Shown in pieces: positions 49,918-59,012 of a stretch of DNA of 64,000 nucleotides. The first letter of the stretch is position 1. Every line of letters begins with the position of its first letter. The DNA comes from Actinomycetota bacterium (lineage in GTDB: Bacteria; Actinomycetota; Acidimicrobiia; Actinomarinales; Actinomarinaceae). The notes under the pieces were generated by a model. It was not told the origin of the DNA and did not search any database. It was given only the letters and a program-made list of their open reading frames with translations. The position numbers were made by a program, and so were the translations under genes. Location: the NCBI GenBank assembly GCA_014239265.1, contig JAAZZH010000001.1, forward strand, positions 107,419 through 171,418, read 5' to 3'.

Positions 49918-50958
49918 ATGGATTTAAGCATAAACGTAGGATATTTCGGACCTCATATTTCAGATGATGATCAACTCATTAAAAAATTAGATGAAATGGG
50001 GTTTGCATGTATATGGACTGCTGAGGCGTATGGTTATGATGCTGTCACTCCGCTAGCTTATTTTTCTGCAATTACTAATAATATAAATATAGGCTCAGGA
50101 ATTATGCAGATACCAGGTAGAACTCCTGCAATGACTGCCATGACTGCAATAACCCTCGATAAGCTTTCATCTGGAAGATTTAGACTTGGACTTGGAGTAT
50201 CTGGTCCACAAGTTGTAGAAGGGTGGCATGGACAACCCTATACAAAACCACTATCTAGAACAAGAGAGTATATACAGATAATTAGAGAAATATTTCAGAG
50301 AGAAAACAAGGTAAGTTTTGATGGTGAATTTTATAACCTTCCGTACAATGGTCCTGATTCCTTAAATCTTGGCAAGCCACTAAAACTCATTGAGCCACCA
50401 TTAAGAAACAATATACCTATTTACTTAGCGGCTATAGGACCAAAAAATATTGAATTATCTGCTGAAGTAGCTGATGGTTGGTTGCCATTCATGTATTCAC
50501 CAACTAAAGGTGATACAGTATTTGAAGAGTATCTTAAAAAAGGATTTAAGAAATCGGGAAATTCCAACAAAGAAAAAGGATTTAACATTGTTGCTACAGT
50601 TTTTGCTAGATTATGTGAAGAACATGAGGTTGAGGAGTATTTAAGACCAGCAAGAACAACCTACACTTTATATGTTGGAGGTATGGGTGCTAAAGATAAA
50701 AATTTCTATTTCAATCTTATGTGCGAGTATGGATATGAAGAAATGGCTACTGAAATCCAAAATTTATATTTATCTGGTAAGAAACAAGAAGCTGAGGAGT
50801 TATTTCCTGAAGACCTACTTAGAGATTTAACCCTTGTTGGTACCAAAAAGGACATTGAAGAAAAATTAAATCATTGGAAAGATTCTAAAGTCACGGAGTT
50901 GTCTCTATCACTTCCAATTGATATTCCAACATTAGAATTTATCAAAGAAATAAATTGA
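49918..50958 (+). CDS. Luciferase-like monooxygenase (LLM) family oxidoreductase, likely F420-dependent class
   Basis: It has a TIM-barrel LLM pattern (FACIWTAEAYGYDAV..., GRFRLGLGVSGPQVVEGWHG). Its length of 346 aa is typical of LLM-class F420 enzymes. Confidence 0.7.
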   Translation: MDLSINVGYFGPHISDDDQLIKKLDEMGFACIWTAEAYGYDAVTPLAYFSAITNNINIGSGIMQIPGRTPAMTAMTAITLDKLSSGRFRLGLGVSGPQVVEGWHGQPYTKPLSRTREYIQIIREIFQRENKVSFDGEFYNLPYNGPDSLNLGKPLKLIEPPLRNNIPIYLAAIGPKNIELSAEVADGWLPFMYSPTKGDTVFEEYLKKGFKKSGNSNKEKGFNIVATVFARLCEEHEVEEYLRPARTTYTLYVGGMGAKDKNFYFNLMCEYGYEEMATEIQNLYLSGKKQEAEELFPEDLLRDLTLVGTKKDIEEKLNHWKDSKVTELSLSLPIDIPTLEFIKEIN

Positions 50959-52298
50959 AAATCCTTCTCCTGTCTTTTTATGACCTTGGAAAACAGCCAA
51001 AGATAATTTCAGAGCTGTATCAAAAACTTAATAATGGTACAAACGAAATTGATATTGTGGATTATTCTGTTGAAGAAAAATCTATAAAGTTAAATGATTA
51101 TGATGCTCTGGGTATTTATGCTTCAATGCATACAGCTTCTGTTCTTGCAGAAGAATACTTACGTCATAAAGAGTTACCAAGTAAGTTATTTGTTTTTGGT
51201 CTCTATGCAAAAGTGTTCACAGAAATATTTCATAACTTTGAAATAATTCAAAATTTAGACAATGAAGATTTGGAATCCTTATTAAATGTTCAACTTAATG
51301 GGGAATACTCTTTCAAGCATTCAGTGCCAGATAGAACAGTTCTCCCTTCGATTACTGATTATTCTCACATTGTTGATGGTTCAAATAATCTAATAGCAGG
51401 CTCAGTAGAGACTACTTATGGATGTAAACATGAATGCACCCACTGCCCAGTACCTATTGAATTTAATGGAACATTCAAAACATTTGGTACAGATAAAATC
51501 TTAAAAGACGTATCTAACCAGGTAGAAGCAGGTGCAAAGCATATTTCTTTTAATGATCCGGATTTCTTTAATGGACCTAAACATGCCTTGAAAATATTAC
51601 AAGCTCTAAATAGTGAACATCCAGAAATAACATATGATTCAACTATTAAAGTAGAGCATATTCTAAAATATCCTGATTATTTTAAAGAACTTAAAAACCT
51701 TAAAATGCTTTTCGTCATTTCTGCATTCGAAACAACTAATGATAAGGTCCTTAATATTTTAAAGAAAAATCATACATCATCTGATTTAAATAATGCTGTT
51801 GAATTGTCTCTTTCAAATAGTATCGACATAAGACCTACTTGGATGCCATTTTCCCCATGGACAAAAAAACAAGATTTACCAAATATTATCAGACTGATTG
51901 AAGAATATAAACTTAGGGAAACAGTAGATCCAATTCAACTTACTATTAAATTACTGGTCCCTAAGAACTCTTTAATACTTAAAAATCCTGAAATTGATAA
52001 CTACTTACAGGAATACGATCCAGCATCCTTTTCATATTCATGGAAGTATAAGTCTCCCGATATGGATAAACTGCAAATTGATTTATTCACTTATGTCCTC
52101 CACAATGAGTCATTGGATGAGTATGCACAATATCTTGGGATAGTAAAAATCATAGAACAACATACCGAACAGAATCTTCTTGAATCTGGAGACTACAATC
52201 AAAGAATAGTTCCTAAACTTTCAGAAACATGGTTCTGCTGTTCTGAACCTAATAAAATTCAATTAGAAAGAATAAAATCAAACAAGGCCTTAATATGA
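50955..52298 (+). CDS. B12-binding-domain radical SAM protein with a C-terminal CCSEP tail (resembles the CUAEP/CCAEP-tail radical SAM family)
   Basis: The N-terminus MKILLLSFYDLGKQP has a B12-binding rSAM fold. The CxxxCxxC motif is YGCKHECTHC. The C-terminus is ...ETWFCCSEPNKIQLERIKSNKALI. Confidence 0.7.
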   Translation: MKILLLSFYDLGKQPKIISELYQKLNNGTNEIDIVDYSVEEKSIKLNDYDALGIYASMHTASVLAEEYLRHKELPSKLFVFGLYAKVFTEIFHNFEIIQNLDNEDLESLLNVQLNGEYSFKHSVPDRTVLPSITDYSHIVDGSNNLIAGSVETTYGCKHECTHCPVPIEFNGTFKTFGTDKILKDVSNQVEAGAKHISFNDPDFFNGPKHALKILQALNSEHPEITYDSTIKVEHILKYPDYFKELKNLKMLFVISAFETTNDKVLNILKKNHTSSDLNNAVELSLSNSIDIRPTWMPFSPWTKKQDLPNIIRLIEEYKLRETVDPIQLTIKLLVPKNSLILKNPEIDNYLQEYDPASFSYSWKYKSPDMDKLQIDLFTYVLHNESLDEYAQYLGIVKIIEQHTEQNLLESGDYNQRIVPKLSETWFCCSEPNKIQLERIKSNKALI

Positions 52299-52801
52299 GC
52301 AAAGTCACTGATGAAGAATTAAATGTCGCTACTTGGAAAATACCGAGTCCTTTAGCAATAATAGGCTCTAGCAGTCAGGGTGAGTATAACGGTATGACTG
52401 CAAGTTGGATTACCCAAATAAATATGGATCCTTTACTTATTGTTGTCGGAATTGATAATAAAAGTTTTACTCATAAACTCATGACAAAAAACGATTTCTT
52501 TTCTATTAATCTTTTTTCTTCAAATTACACAAAAGTTTTTGTTAAATTTTCAAAACCAGCTGTTTATTCTCAAGGTTATTTAAATAAAGAACCAATAACC
52601 TTAACCCAAAACAAGATTCCTATTTTTGATAATGCTATAGTTTGGTTTGAACTTCAAAAGGTGAACGTAGAAGATCTTGGAACTCATTCATTGTACACAG
52701 GAAAAGTCATAGATTGTAAAACAATTGAAACTGAAGAAAGAGTTGCTTATATGGGTGACACTAGGATGAAGTATGGTGGAGTACCAAGAGGTGGTCACTA
52801 G
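52295..52801 (+). CDS. Flavin reductase-family protein (FMN-binding split barrel)
   Basis: It has a typical flavin_reduct N-terminus (PSPLAIIGSSSQGEYNGMTASWITQINMDPLLIVVGI). Confidence 0.7.
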   Translation: MSKVTDEELNVATWKIPSPLAIIGSSSQGEYNGMTASWITQINMDPLLIVVGIDNKSFTHKLMTKNDFFSINLFSSNYTKVFVKFSKPAVYSQGYLNKEPITLTQNKIPIFDNAIVWFELQKVNVEDLGTHSLYTGKVIDCKTIETEERVAYMGDTRMKYGGVPRGGH

Positions 52802-52878
52802 TTAACAATAATTTAATATACAAAAATTTGCGTATATCTTAATAATGATATCCTTTATACAAACAGATTGGATAAAAT

Positions 52879-53415
52879 ATGAAAATTAAAGTTGGAGATA
52901 AAATATCAGAACTATCGCTACCAAATATAGATGGAACTGAGTTTGATTTAGTAAAAATACAAGGTAAAAAGGCTTTAATTTCCTTTTACAGGTACTCTTC
53001 TTGTCCATTTTGTCATCTACGTATCAATGAAACAATAAATAATAAAAATAATTTTGGTGAAGGATTTGAAACTATCGCTATATTTAATTGCACACTTGAA
53101 AGTCTTCAAAAGTCATCTTCAAAACATGAAACATCAATTTATATCCTCGCTGATGAGAATAGAGAATATTTTGACAAGTACAGTGTTCAAAAAAGTGGAA
53201 TTGGAGTATTTGTTGGTTCAATAATTGGAATTTTCAGATTCATGAAGGCTATTTTTATAAAAGGATTCAATCCTTTAAAGAGTTTGAGTGGAGCATTTAC
53301 TGGTATGCCAGTTGATATTTTAGTTAATAAAGAGGGAATTGTAGAGCAAGTTAAGTATGGTAAAACTACAATCGATCATATTCCAATGCGGGAAATAATT
53401 GAATTTTCAAAATAA
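52879..53415 (+). CDS. Peroxiredoxin-like / AhpC-TSA thioredoxin-fold protein with a CPFC motif
   Basis: ALISFYRYSSCPFCHLRI is present. Confidence 0.55.
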   Translation: MKIKVGDKISELSLPNIDGTEFDLVKIQGKKALISFYRYSSCPFCHLRINETINNKNNFGEGFETIAIFNCTLESLQKSSSKHETSIYILADENREYFDKYSVQKSGIGVFVGSIIGIFRFMKAIFIKGFNPLKSLSGAFTGMPVDILVNKEGIVEQVKYGKTTIDHIPMREIIEFSK

Positions 53416-53472
53416 TATAATTATTTTTAACACATGAGTGTATATTTTTATATAAAATTTTATTAAATATTT

Positions 53473-54165
53473 ATGAAAAAATTTAGATACCTTTTAATAT
53501 CATATATCTCTATCTTCATATTGTTTCCTTTAATTCGTTTAATTAATAAAAATTTTTATGATAAGAACATTCTTCCACAGGTTATTAATTCATCATGTAA
53601 CTCAAAGCCAATTGATTATCAACGAAAAAAAATTATACCTCAAGCAAAAGGTGTCGTGCTTGAAATTGGCATAGGGCCAGGCTCTAATCTAAAACATTAT
53701 GAACAAAACAAGGTAAAAAAAATTATCGGCGTTGACCCATCTACAGAACTCAATAAGATTGCAATAAAAAGGGCTGAAAAACATAATTTAACTATAGAAT
53801 TTTTGATAGAGTCTGCCGATAATTTATCAGTGCCTGATAATTCCATAGATACCGTTGTTAGTACATACGCATTATGCTCTATTCCCAATCCGTCTATGAC
53901 ATTAAAAGAAATCCATAGGGTATTAAAACCAACAGGAAGATTCATTTTTAGCGAACATGGTTTAGCTCCAGATACTTCAGTTTCTTTTATACAAAATGGT
54001 ATAGACTTTTTTTACCCAAAAATTGCTGGAGGATGTCATGTAAACAGAGACATAGAGAGCTTACTTACACAAAATTCATTTAAAATAGAAAAACTAGAAA
54101 ATATTTATCTTCCTGGAACCCAGAAATTCCTTGGTTACAATTCTTGGGGGAGTGTTTCGATTTAA
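53473..54165 (+). CDS. Class I SAM-dependent methyltransferase with an N-terminal TM helix
   Basis: Motif I is VLEIGIGPGSN. Motif post-II/III is VLKPTGRFIFSEH. Confidence 0.7.
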   Translation: MKKFRYLLISYISIFILFPLIRLINKNFYDKNILPQVINSSCNSKPIDYQRKKIIPQAKGVVLEIGIGPGSNLKHYEQNKVKKIIGVDPSTELNKIAIKRAEKHNLTIEFLIESADNLSVPDNSIDTVVSTYALCSIPNPSMTLKEIHRVLKPTGRFIFSEHGLAPDTSVSFIQNGIDFFYPKIAGGCHVNRDIESLLTQNSFKIEKLENIYLPGTQKFLGYNSWGSVSI

Positions 54166-55055
54166 AATAGAGTCAGAATAGCATTAACACATTCATCAGG
54201 CTTGTCTTCTTGTAAAAAATGCCCAGCATCTTTTATTTCAATGTGCTTTAGATTCTTTGCACCAGGCACATATTTTATAAAAGAGTTTTCAACTCCTTTA
54301 AAAATATGATCTTTATCACTAAATGCACATAAGAATGGTTTATCCCACTGTTTAAGAACTTCCCATGCTTTTACATTATGCTCATAGCTTGGATTATCAA
54401 CAGAATCTGGAACTAGTAATGGAAATTGTCTCGCAGCTTCTTTGTAAGAATCATCTGGAAAAGGAGAATTATAAGCATCTATTGTCTCCTGAGACATTTC
54501 ACTCACACTTCCTCCTTTAACTACACCGCCAATATGAAAATTTTCAACTGTTTGTGAATAATTTTTCCATGATTCAAAAGCTTCACCTAGTGGCGTTTTT
54601 CCTGTTGGTAATCCTGTATTTGACATCACAATATTATCAAATCTATTCAAATTATTTACCACAAGTCTTAAACCGATCAGGCCACCCCAGTCTTGTCCAA
54701 AAATTGTAATATTGTTCAAATCTAGTTTATTTAGCCATGTATCCATCCAACTGACATATTTTTCATACGTGTAACCTTCTCTTTGAGACAGTTTATCTGA
54801 TTTTCCAAAACCAGGTAAATCAGGAACTACTACTCTCAGTCCATTATTTACAAGTGGGTCTATAAAATTTCTATATAAATATCCCCATGTTGGCTCTCCA
54901 TGTAGAAGTAATACAGTATTTTTATTTTTAGATCCTTCATCTACATAGTGAATATTTATATCACCATATTCTGTATTTACTGGGACAAAGTTTGGTTTGT
55001 AGTCCCAATGTTTTAAGTTTTCAAAGTCTTGAGGATCATTTTTTATTATTTCCAT
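54162..55055 (-). CDS. Alpha/beta hydrolase, haloalkane dehalogenase-like
   Basis: It has HGEPTWGYLYRNFIDPL...VVVPDLPGFGKSDK, the nucleophile elbow GQDWGG and a C-terminal His. Confidence 0.65.
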   Translation of the reverse strand: MEIIKNDPQDFENLKHWDYKPNFVPVNTEYGDINIHYVDEGSKNKNTVLLLHGEPTWGYLYRNFIDPLVNNGLRVVVPDLPGFGKSDKLSQREGYTYEKYVSWMDTWLNKLDLNNITIFGQDWGGLIGLRLVVNNLNRFDNIVMSNTGLPTGKTPLGEAFESWKNYSQTVENFHIGGVVKGGSVSEMSQETIDAYNSPFPDDSYKEAARQFPLLVPDSVDNPSYEHNVKAWEVLKQWDKPFLCAFSDKDHIFKGVENSFIKYVPGAKNLKHIEIKDAGHFLQEDKPDECVNAILTLF

Positions 55056-55064
55056 ATTTTTATT

Positions 55065-55580
55065 TTACAGATTATGAATAACATTTGTAACGACACCCCA
55101 AACAAATGCTTCACTTTCACCAGATACAACTATGGGATCATAAGAATCATTTTCTGGTTCAAGGTGAATGGCCTTTCCTTTTTGCCTATATCTTTTGACC
55201 GTAAGCTCGTTGTCTACAACAGCGATAACAACTTTTCCATTTTCTGCTTTGAGGCTTCTATCTACCACTAAGATATCATCTGGAAATATTCCTGCATTAA
55301 TCATGGATTCCCCTGAAGCTCTTACTAAAAATGTAGATGCCGGATGTTTAACCAAATATTGATTCAAATCTATTTTGTCTTCTAAGTAGTCATCTGCAGG
55401 TGAGGGGAAGCCGGCTGCAACCTTGTTACTGTACATTGGGACCTCATGTAAACCTCTGCTCACTACTTCTGAAATATATTTAACTTTGCTAACAGGTATG
55501 CGCACGGCCTTTGTCTTTTCTCCATACCTGCCTTGACCTTTTGGTCTTCCAGCACCTTTTCTTGCTCCACCTCTTGGCAT
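55065..55580 (-). CDS. umuD: UmuD-like S24 autopeptidase (Pol V subunit) with a 45-aa basic N-terminal extension
   Basis: AAGFPSPADDYLEDKIDLNQYLVKHPASTFLVRASGESMINAGI...VIAVVDNELTVKRY aligns with E. coli UmuD, including the A-G cleavage site and the Ser/Lys dyad. The N-terminus is MPRGGARKGAGRPKGQGRYG. Confidence 0.8.
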   Translation of the reverse strand: MPRGGARKGAGRPKGQGRYGEKTKAVRIPVSKVKYISEVVSRGLHEVPMYSNKVAAGFPSPADDYLEDKIDLNQYLVKHPASTFLVRASGESMINAGIFPDDILVVDRSLKAENGKVVIAVVDNELTVKRYRQKGKAIHLEPENDSYDPIVVSGESEAFVWGVVTNVIHNL

Positions 55581-55603
55581 AAAAATGTCTTTCTTTTTTC
55601 TTA

Positions 55604-55621
55604 GAATAGTGTACAGTATTC
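55604..55621. promoter_or_regulatory. 18-bp inverted repeat GAATAGTGTACAGTATTC in the divergent umuD/umuC intergenic region (candidate SOS-type operator)
   Basis: The repeat is a palindrome with one mismatched pair. It overlaps a putative -10 (TAGAAT) and lies just upstream of the umuC RBS AAAGGAG. Confidence 0.4.
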
Positions 55622-55635
55622 AAAGGAGTAAGTGA

Positions 55636-56898
55636 ATGAATAATAAAATTTTTGCCTTAGTTGATTGTAATAATTTTTATGCCTCATGTGAGCGTGTTTT
55701 TAATCCGAAGCTAGAAGGTAAACCGATCGTAGTGCTTTCTAATAATGATGGATGTATTATCGCTAGGTCAAATGAGGCAAAAGCTTTGGGTATTCCTATG
55801 GGTGCTCCATTTTTTAAATACAAACAGTTGATTAATAGAAATAATGTTCACGTATTTTCCTCTAACTACACTTTTTATGGAGATATGTCTGCAAGGGTAA
55901 TGACTTCTCTGAAATCTCTTGTCAATGAAATAGAAATCTACTCTATTGATGAAGCATTTTTAGATATAAGTAGTTTTGCTTACTGTGACCTAGAGGAGAC
56001 AGCTAGAGAGATAAAAACTCTCATAAAGCAGTGGACGGGAATACCTGTTTCTATTGGAATAGGTTCTTCCAAAACATTAGCCAAAATTGCAAACAGGCAG
56101 GCAAAAAAAGATGCAGTAGATGTATTTGATATAAGAAATTTAGGCGTGAAAAAAGATATATTGGAACAACTTCCCATAGAAGAAATATGGGGAATCTCAA
56201 CAAGATGGGGTAGAAGATTAAGAAAAATCGGGGTAGAGACTGCGCAGGATTTAGCTGAAGCAAATCCAAGACATGTGAGAAAGACAATAAGCATCGTAGG
56301 GGAGAGGATTCATTATGAATTGAATGGCATATCTTGCATAGGAATAGAAGAAGTTAAAAATAAAAAAAATATTATCTCATCAAAGTCGTTTGGGAAAAAG
56401 GTCTCTCGTGTTCAAGAGCTAGAGGAAGCAGTATCAAACTACACGGCAAGGGCATGTGAAAAATTAAGACAGCAGAATTCAAGGGCGCAAGGATTGTATG
56501 TATTTCTAAGAACAAGTCCACATATAGAAAGGGACAAACAGTACAGCAACGGCATGAGCACTCATTTCTCTATCCCAACAAGCAATACCTCAAAAATAAT
56601 AAAAGAAGCAAAAAGGCTTACAAACAAATTATTTCTTCCAGGATATGAGTACCAGAAAATAGGAGTGATGCTTTTGAATATTTCAGATGCAAAAAATGAA
56701 CAAGGTAGTTTTCTCGATAATGAAAACTATAGCAAATCAGACACAGTCATGAAATCTTTAGACACAGTGAACAAACAGTTCGGATCAGGTGCATTGATGC
56801 TTGGTGCACAGGGGATACAGAAGAATTGGAGAATGAGAGCAGATAGAAAGTCTGGGGCCTACACAACAAATCTTAAAGATTTACCGATTGTTAAGTAA
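55636..56898 (+). CDS. umuC: Y-family DNA polymerase UmuC (Pol V catalytic subunit)
   Basis: The N-terminus FALVDCNNFYASCERVFNP...PIVVLSNNDGCIIARS is the typical UmuC/DinB start. Confidence 0.85.
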   Translation: MNNKIFALVDCNNFYASCERVFNPKLEGKPIVVLSNNDGCIIARSNEAKALGIPMGAPFFKYKQLINRNNVHVFSSNYTFYGDMSARVMTSLKSLVNEIEIYSIDEAFLDISSFAYCDLEETAREIKTLIKQWTGIPVSIGIGSSKTLAKIANRQAKKDAVDVFDIRNLGVKKDILEQLPIEEIWGISTRWGRRLRKIGVETAQDLAEANPRHVRKTISIVGERIHYELNGISCIGIEEVKNKKNIISSKSFGKKVSRVQELEEAVSNYTARACEKLRQQNSRAQGLYVFLRTSPHIERDKQYSNGMSTHFSIPTSNTSKIIKEAKRLTNKLFLPGYEYQKIGVMLLNISDAKNEQGSFLDNENYSKSDTVMKSLDTVNKQFGSGALMLGAQGIQKNWRMRADRKSGAYTTNLKDLPIVK

Positions 56899-56906
56899 AT
56901 AAAAAA

Positions 56907-56934
56907 AGAGGGGTGACTTGACTACCCCTCTTTT
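56907..56934. terminator. Bidirectional rho-independent terminator (AGAGGGGT / 9-nt loop / ACCCCTCT, flanked by an A-run and a T-run)
   Basis: A perfect 8-bp GC-rich stem lies between the convergent umuC and MFS genes. Confidence 0.7.
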
Positions 56935-57020
56935 ACAAGCTTGAAAATTCTGTCCGGAATTCAAAAGCTATAAAACTAGTTTAGATGATATGAGTGTGTT
57001 GCATACAAAAAAAAGAGATT

Positions 57021-58250
57021 TTAGGATTCTAATTTTCTCCAGATATTTCTTGTAGATAAATACCATACAAAACCAAATATAAATCCTAAAACAGGGAAGA
57101 GTTTAAATACGAACAATACACCATAGATAGTTGCTAGATACCCGATCATGAGTGTTGAAATTGTATTCATAAAAAAATAAAGTGAATAGTCTATTCCAGC
57201 AATTCTTCCACGTAGATTATCTGGAGTTAAAACTTGTAATCCATAAGTTGAAAATGCCCACTGTGAACCACCACCTGAGTGTCCCAATATCAATAGAAAC
57301 ACAGTCAAGTAGACAGAAGCTGAGAAAGAGATGAAGAAATAAAATAGACCCCACGCCATGATTGTTACCCCAATTGTGTTGAGCAACTTTCCATCAGTAC
57401 TTCCAAAAAAATATCGAATAATAATTGGGCCTATTAATGCGCCTATCCCTCTTGCTCCAAACATAAGTCCTGTTCCGTAGTCACCAGTTTTGTAGATTTC
57501 GTATGATAGAACTGTAAAAAGAGACAATAGACCGCTTGCTGAAATACTGAAAGTAGCTTTAGTGATAACTAAAGAGAGAATCTCCTTCCTCGAAAACACA
57601 TACTTTACTCCGTCAACAAAGTTTATATTCTCTTCATTTGAATTCGAGTGTTGCTGCTCACTTAAGTCTTTTTTGATTGAAAACACAATAAATGCAGAGA
57701 TAACAAATGATAGGAAATCTATTGTAAATAATGTATCTCTACTAACTACAGTAGTTAAATATCCGCCTATGCCAGCGCCTAGTCCAGCCATTATTCCCCA
57801 GCTCGAGAAGAATATTACATTCGCCTCGGCTAGGAATTCTTTTTCTACAACATTAGGTAATGCCGCATCTGATGTCGGCATGTAAGCAGCACTTACAACC
57901 GAAAGCATGCCAAATGAAAACAAAATGAATATTACATTCTCCGTATTCACTGCATAAAGAATTAATAGGACTACTACACCAGATAGAAACTCAGAAATTG
58001 CAATGATTCTTTTTCTATCATATTTATCAGCTAAATACCCTCCAAAGCTTCCTAAAAAAAATAAAGGAGCACTCTGCACCACAAGTACAAGTGATGTAAT
58101 TAGTGGATTTTGAGTCAGTTCATAAATAATACCAAGTAAGGGAACGGTAAGTAACCAGTCACCACCGAGTGTTATTAATCTAGCTGCAAATAGCTTTTGA
58201 AAATCTCTGTTTTTTGTAATTAGCTGTATATATTTTTCAAGATTTTTCAT
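57021..58250 (-). CDS. MFS transporter
   Basis: It has 12-TM-like hydropathy and an MFS signature (GYLADKYDRKR between TM2 and TM3). Confidence 0.75.
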   Translation of the reverse strand: MKNLEKYIQLITKNRDFQKLFAARLITLGGDWLLTVPLLGIIYELTQNPLITSLVLVVQSAPLFFLGSFGGYLADKYDRKRIIAISEFLSGVVVLLILYAVNTENVIFILFSFGMLSVVSAAYMPTSDAALPNVVEKEFLAEANVIFFSSWGIMAGLGAGIGGYLTTVVSRDTLFTIDFLSFVISAFIVFSIKKDLSEQQHSNSNEENINFVDGVKYVFSRKEILSLVITKATFSISASGLLSLFTVLSYEIYKTGDYGTGLMFGARGIGALIGPIIIRYFFGSTDGKLLNTIGVTIMAWGLFYFFISFSASVYLTVFLLILGHSGGGSQWAFSTYGLQVLTPDNLRGRIAGIDYSLYFFMNTISTLMIGYLATIYGVLFVFKLFPVLGFIFGFVWYLSTRNIWRKLES

Positions 58251-58299
58251 AAGTCATACAACTGTAACTGGATTAGAAAATAACTACTATAATTGAACA

Positions 58300-59010
58300 A
58301 TGATAAAGACAGTATTAATAACCGGTGGAACAAGGGGAATAGGGCTTGCAACAGCGCTGAGATTCTCTGAAAATAATTGGAACGTTTATATTACATCAAG
58401 AAAAGAAGAAAACTTGGCAGCAGTGCTTAGTGAGCACAGTAAGTTAAAAGGTTTTGTTGCAAACGCAGACAGTGAAGATGCTGCAAATGAAACATGTGAA
58501 GCTATTGTTAAGGAAACCGATTCACTAGATGTCTTAATTAATAATGCAGGTACAAACCCTTCGGGTGGCTATTTAATGGATGTGGACATATCAAGAGTTC
58601 AGAAAACATGGGATGTAAATCTTCTTGGACCACTACTTTGGGCTAGAGCAGCTGTAAAGGTTGGCTTAAAGGAATCAATTTTAAATGTTGCTTCTGTTGG
58701 AGGTATCAAACCAGCATCTTATATGGGTGCATACAATATTTCAAAAGCGGGACTTATCTACATGACAAAACAATTAGCTAAAGAGTTAGCTCCAAGCATA
58801 CGAGTAAATGGAATTGCTCCTGCTGTTGTAAAAACTAAACTTTCTGAAATGCTCTGGGAAAATGATGAACAAGCTACTGCAGATCTACATGCGTTGAAAA
58901 AATTAGGAACACCTGAAGATATTTCTAATTTGATGTATTTCTTATCTAGCGAGGAAGCTTCTTGGATTACTGGTGAAGTAGTTACTATTGATGGCGGTTA
59001 TTTACTCTAA
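58300..59010 (+). CDS. SDR-family oxidoreductase
   Basis: The Rossmann motif is VLITGGTRGIGLATA. The catalytic YxxxK is YNISK. Confidence 0.8.
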   Translation: MIKTVLITGGTRGIGLATALRFSENNWNVYITSRKEENLAAVLSEHSKLKGFVANADSEDAANETCEAIVKETDSLDVLINNAGTNPSGGYLMDVDISRVQKTWDVNLLGPLLWARAAVKVGLKESILNVASVGGIKPASYMGAYNISKAGLIYMTKQLAKELAPSIRVNGIAPAVVKTKLSEMLWENDEQATADLHALKKLGTPEDISNLMYFLSSEEASWITGEVVTIDGGYLL

Positions 59011-59012
59011 AC

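Noticed and set aside
55581-55635. Canonical LexA boxes (actinobacterial TCGAAC-N4-GTTCGA, Cheo GAAC-N4-GTTC, E. coli CTGT-N8-ACAG) upstream of umuD/umuC.
   Set aside because: None of these is present in the spacer. Only the non-canonical GAATAGTGTACAGTATTC palindrome was found, and it is reported as a finding instead.
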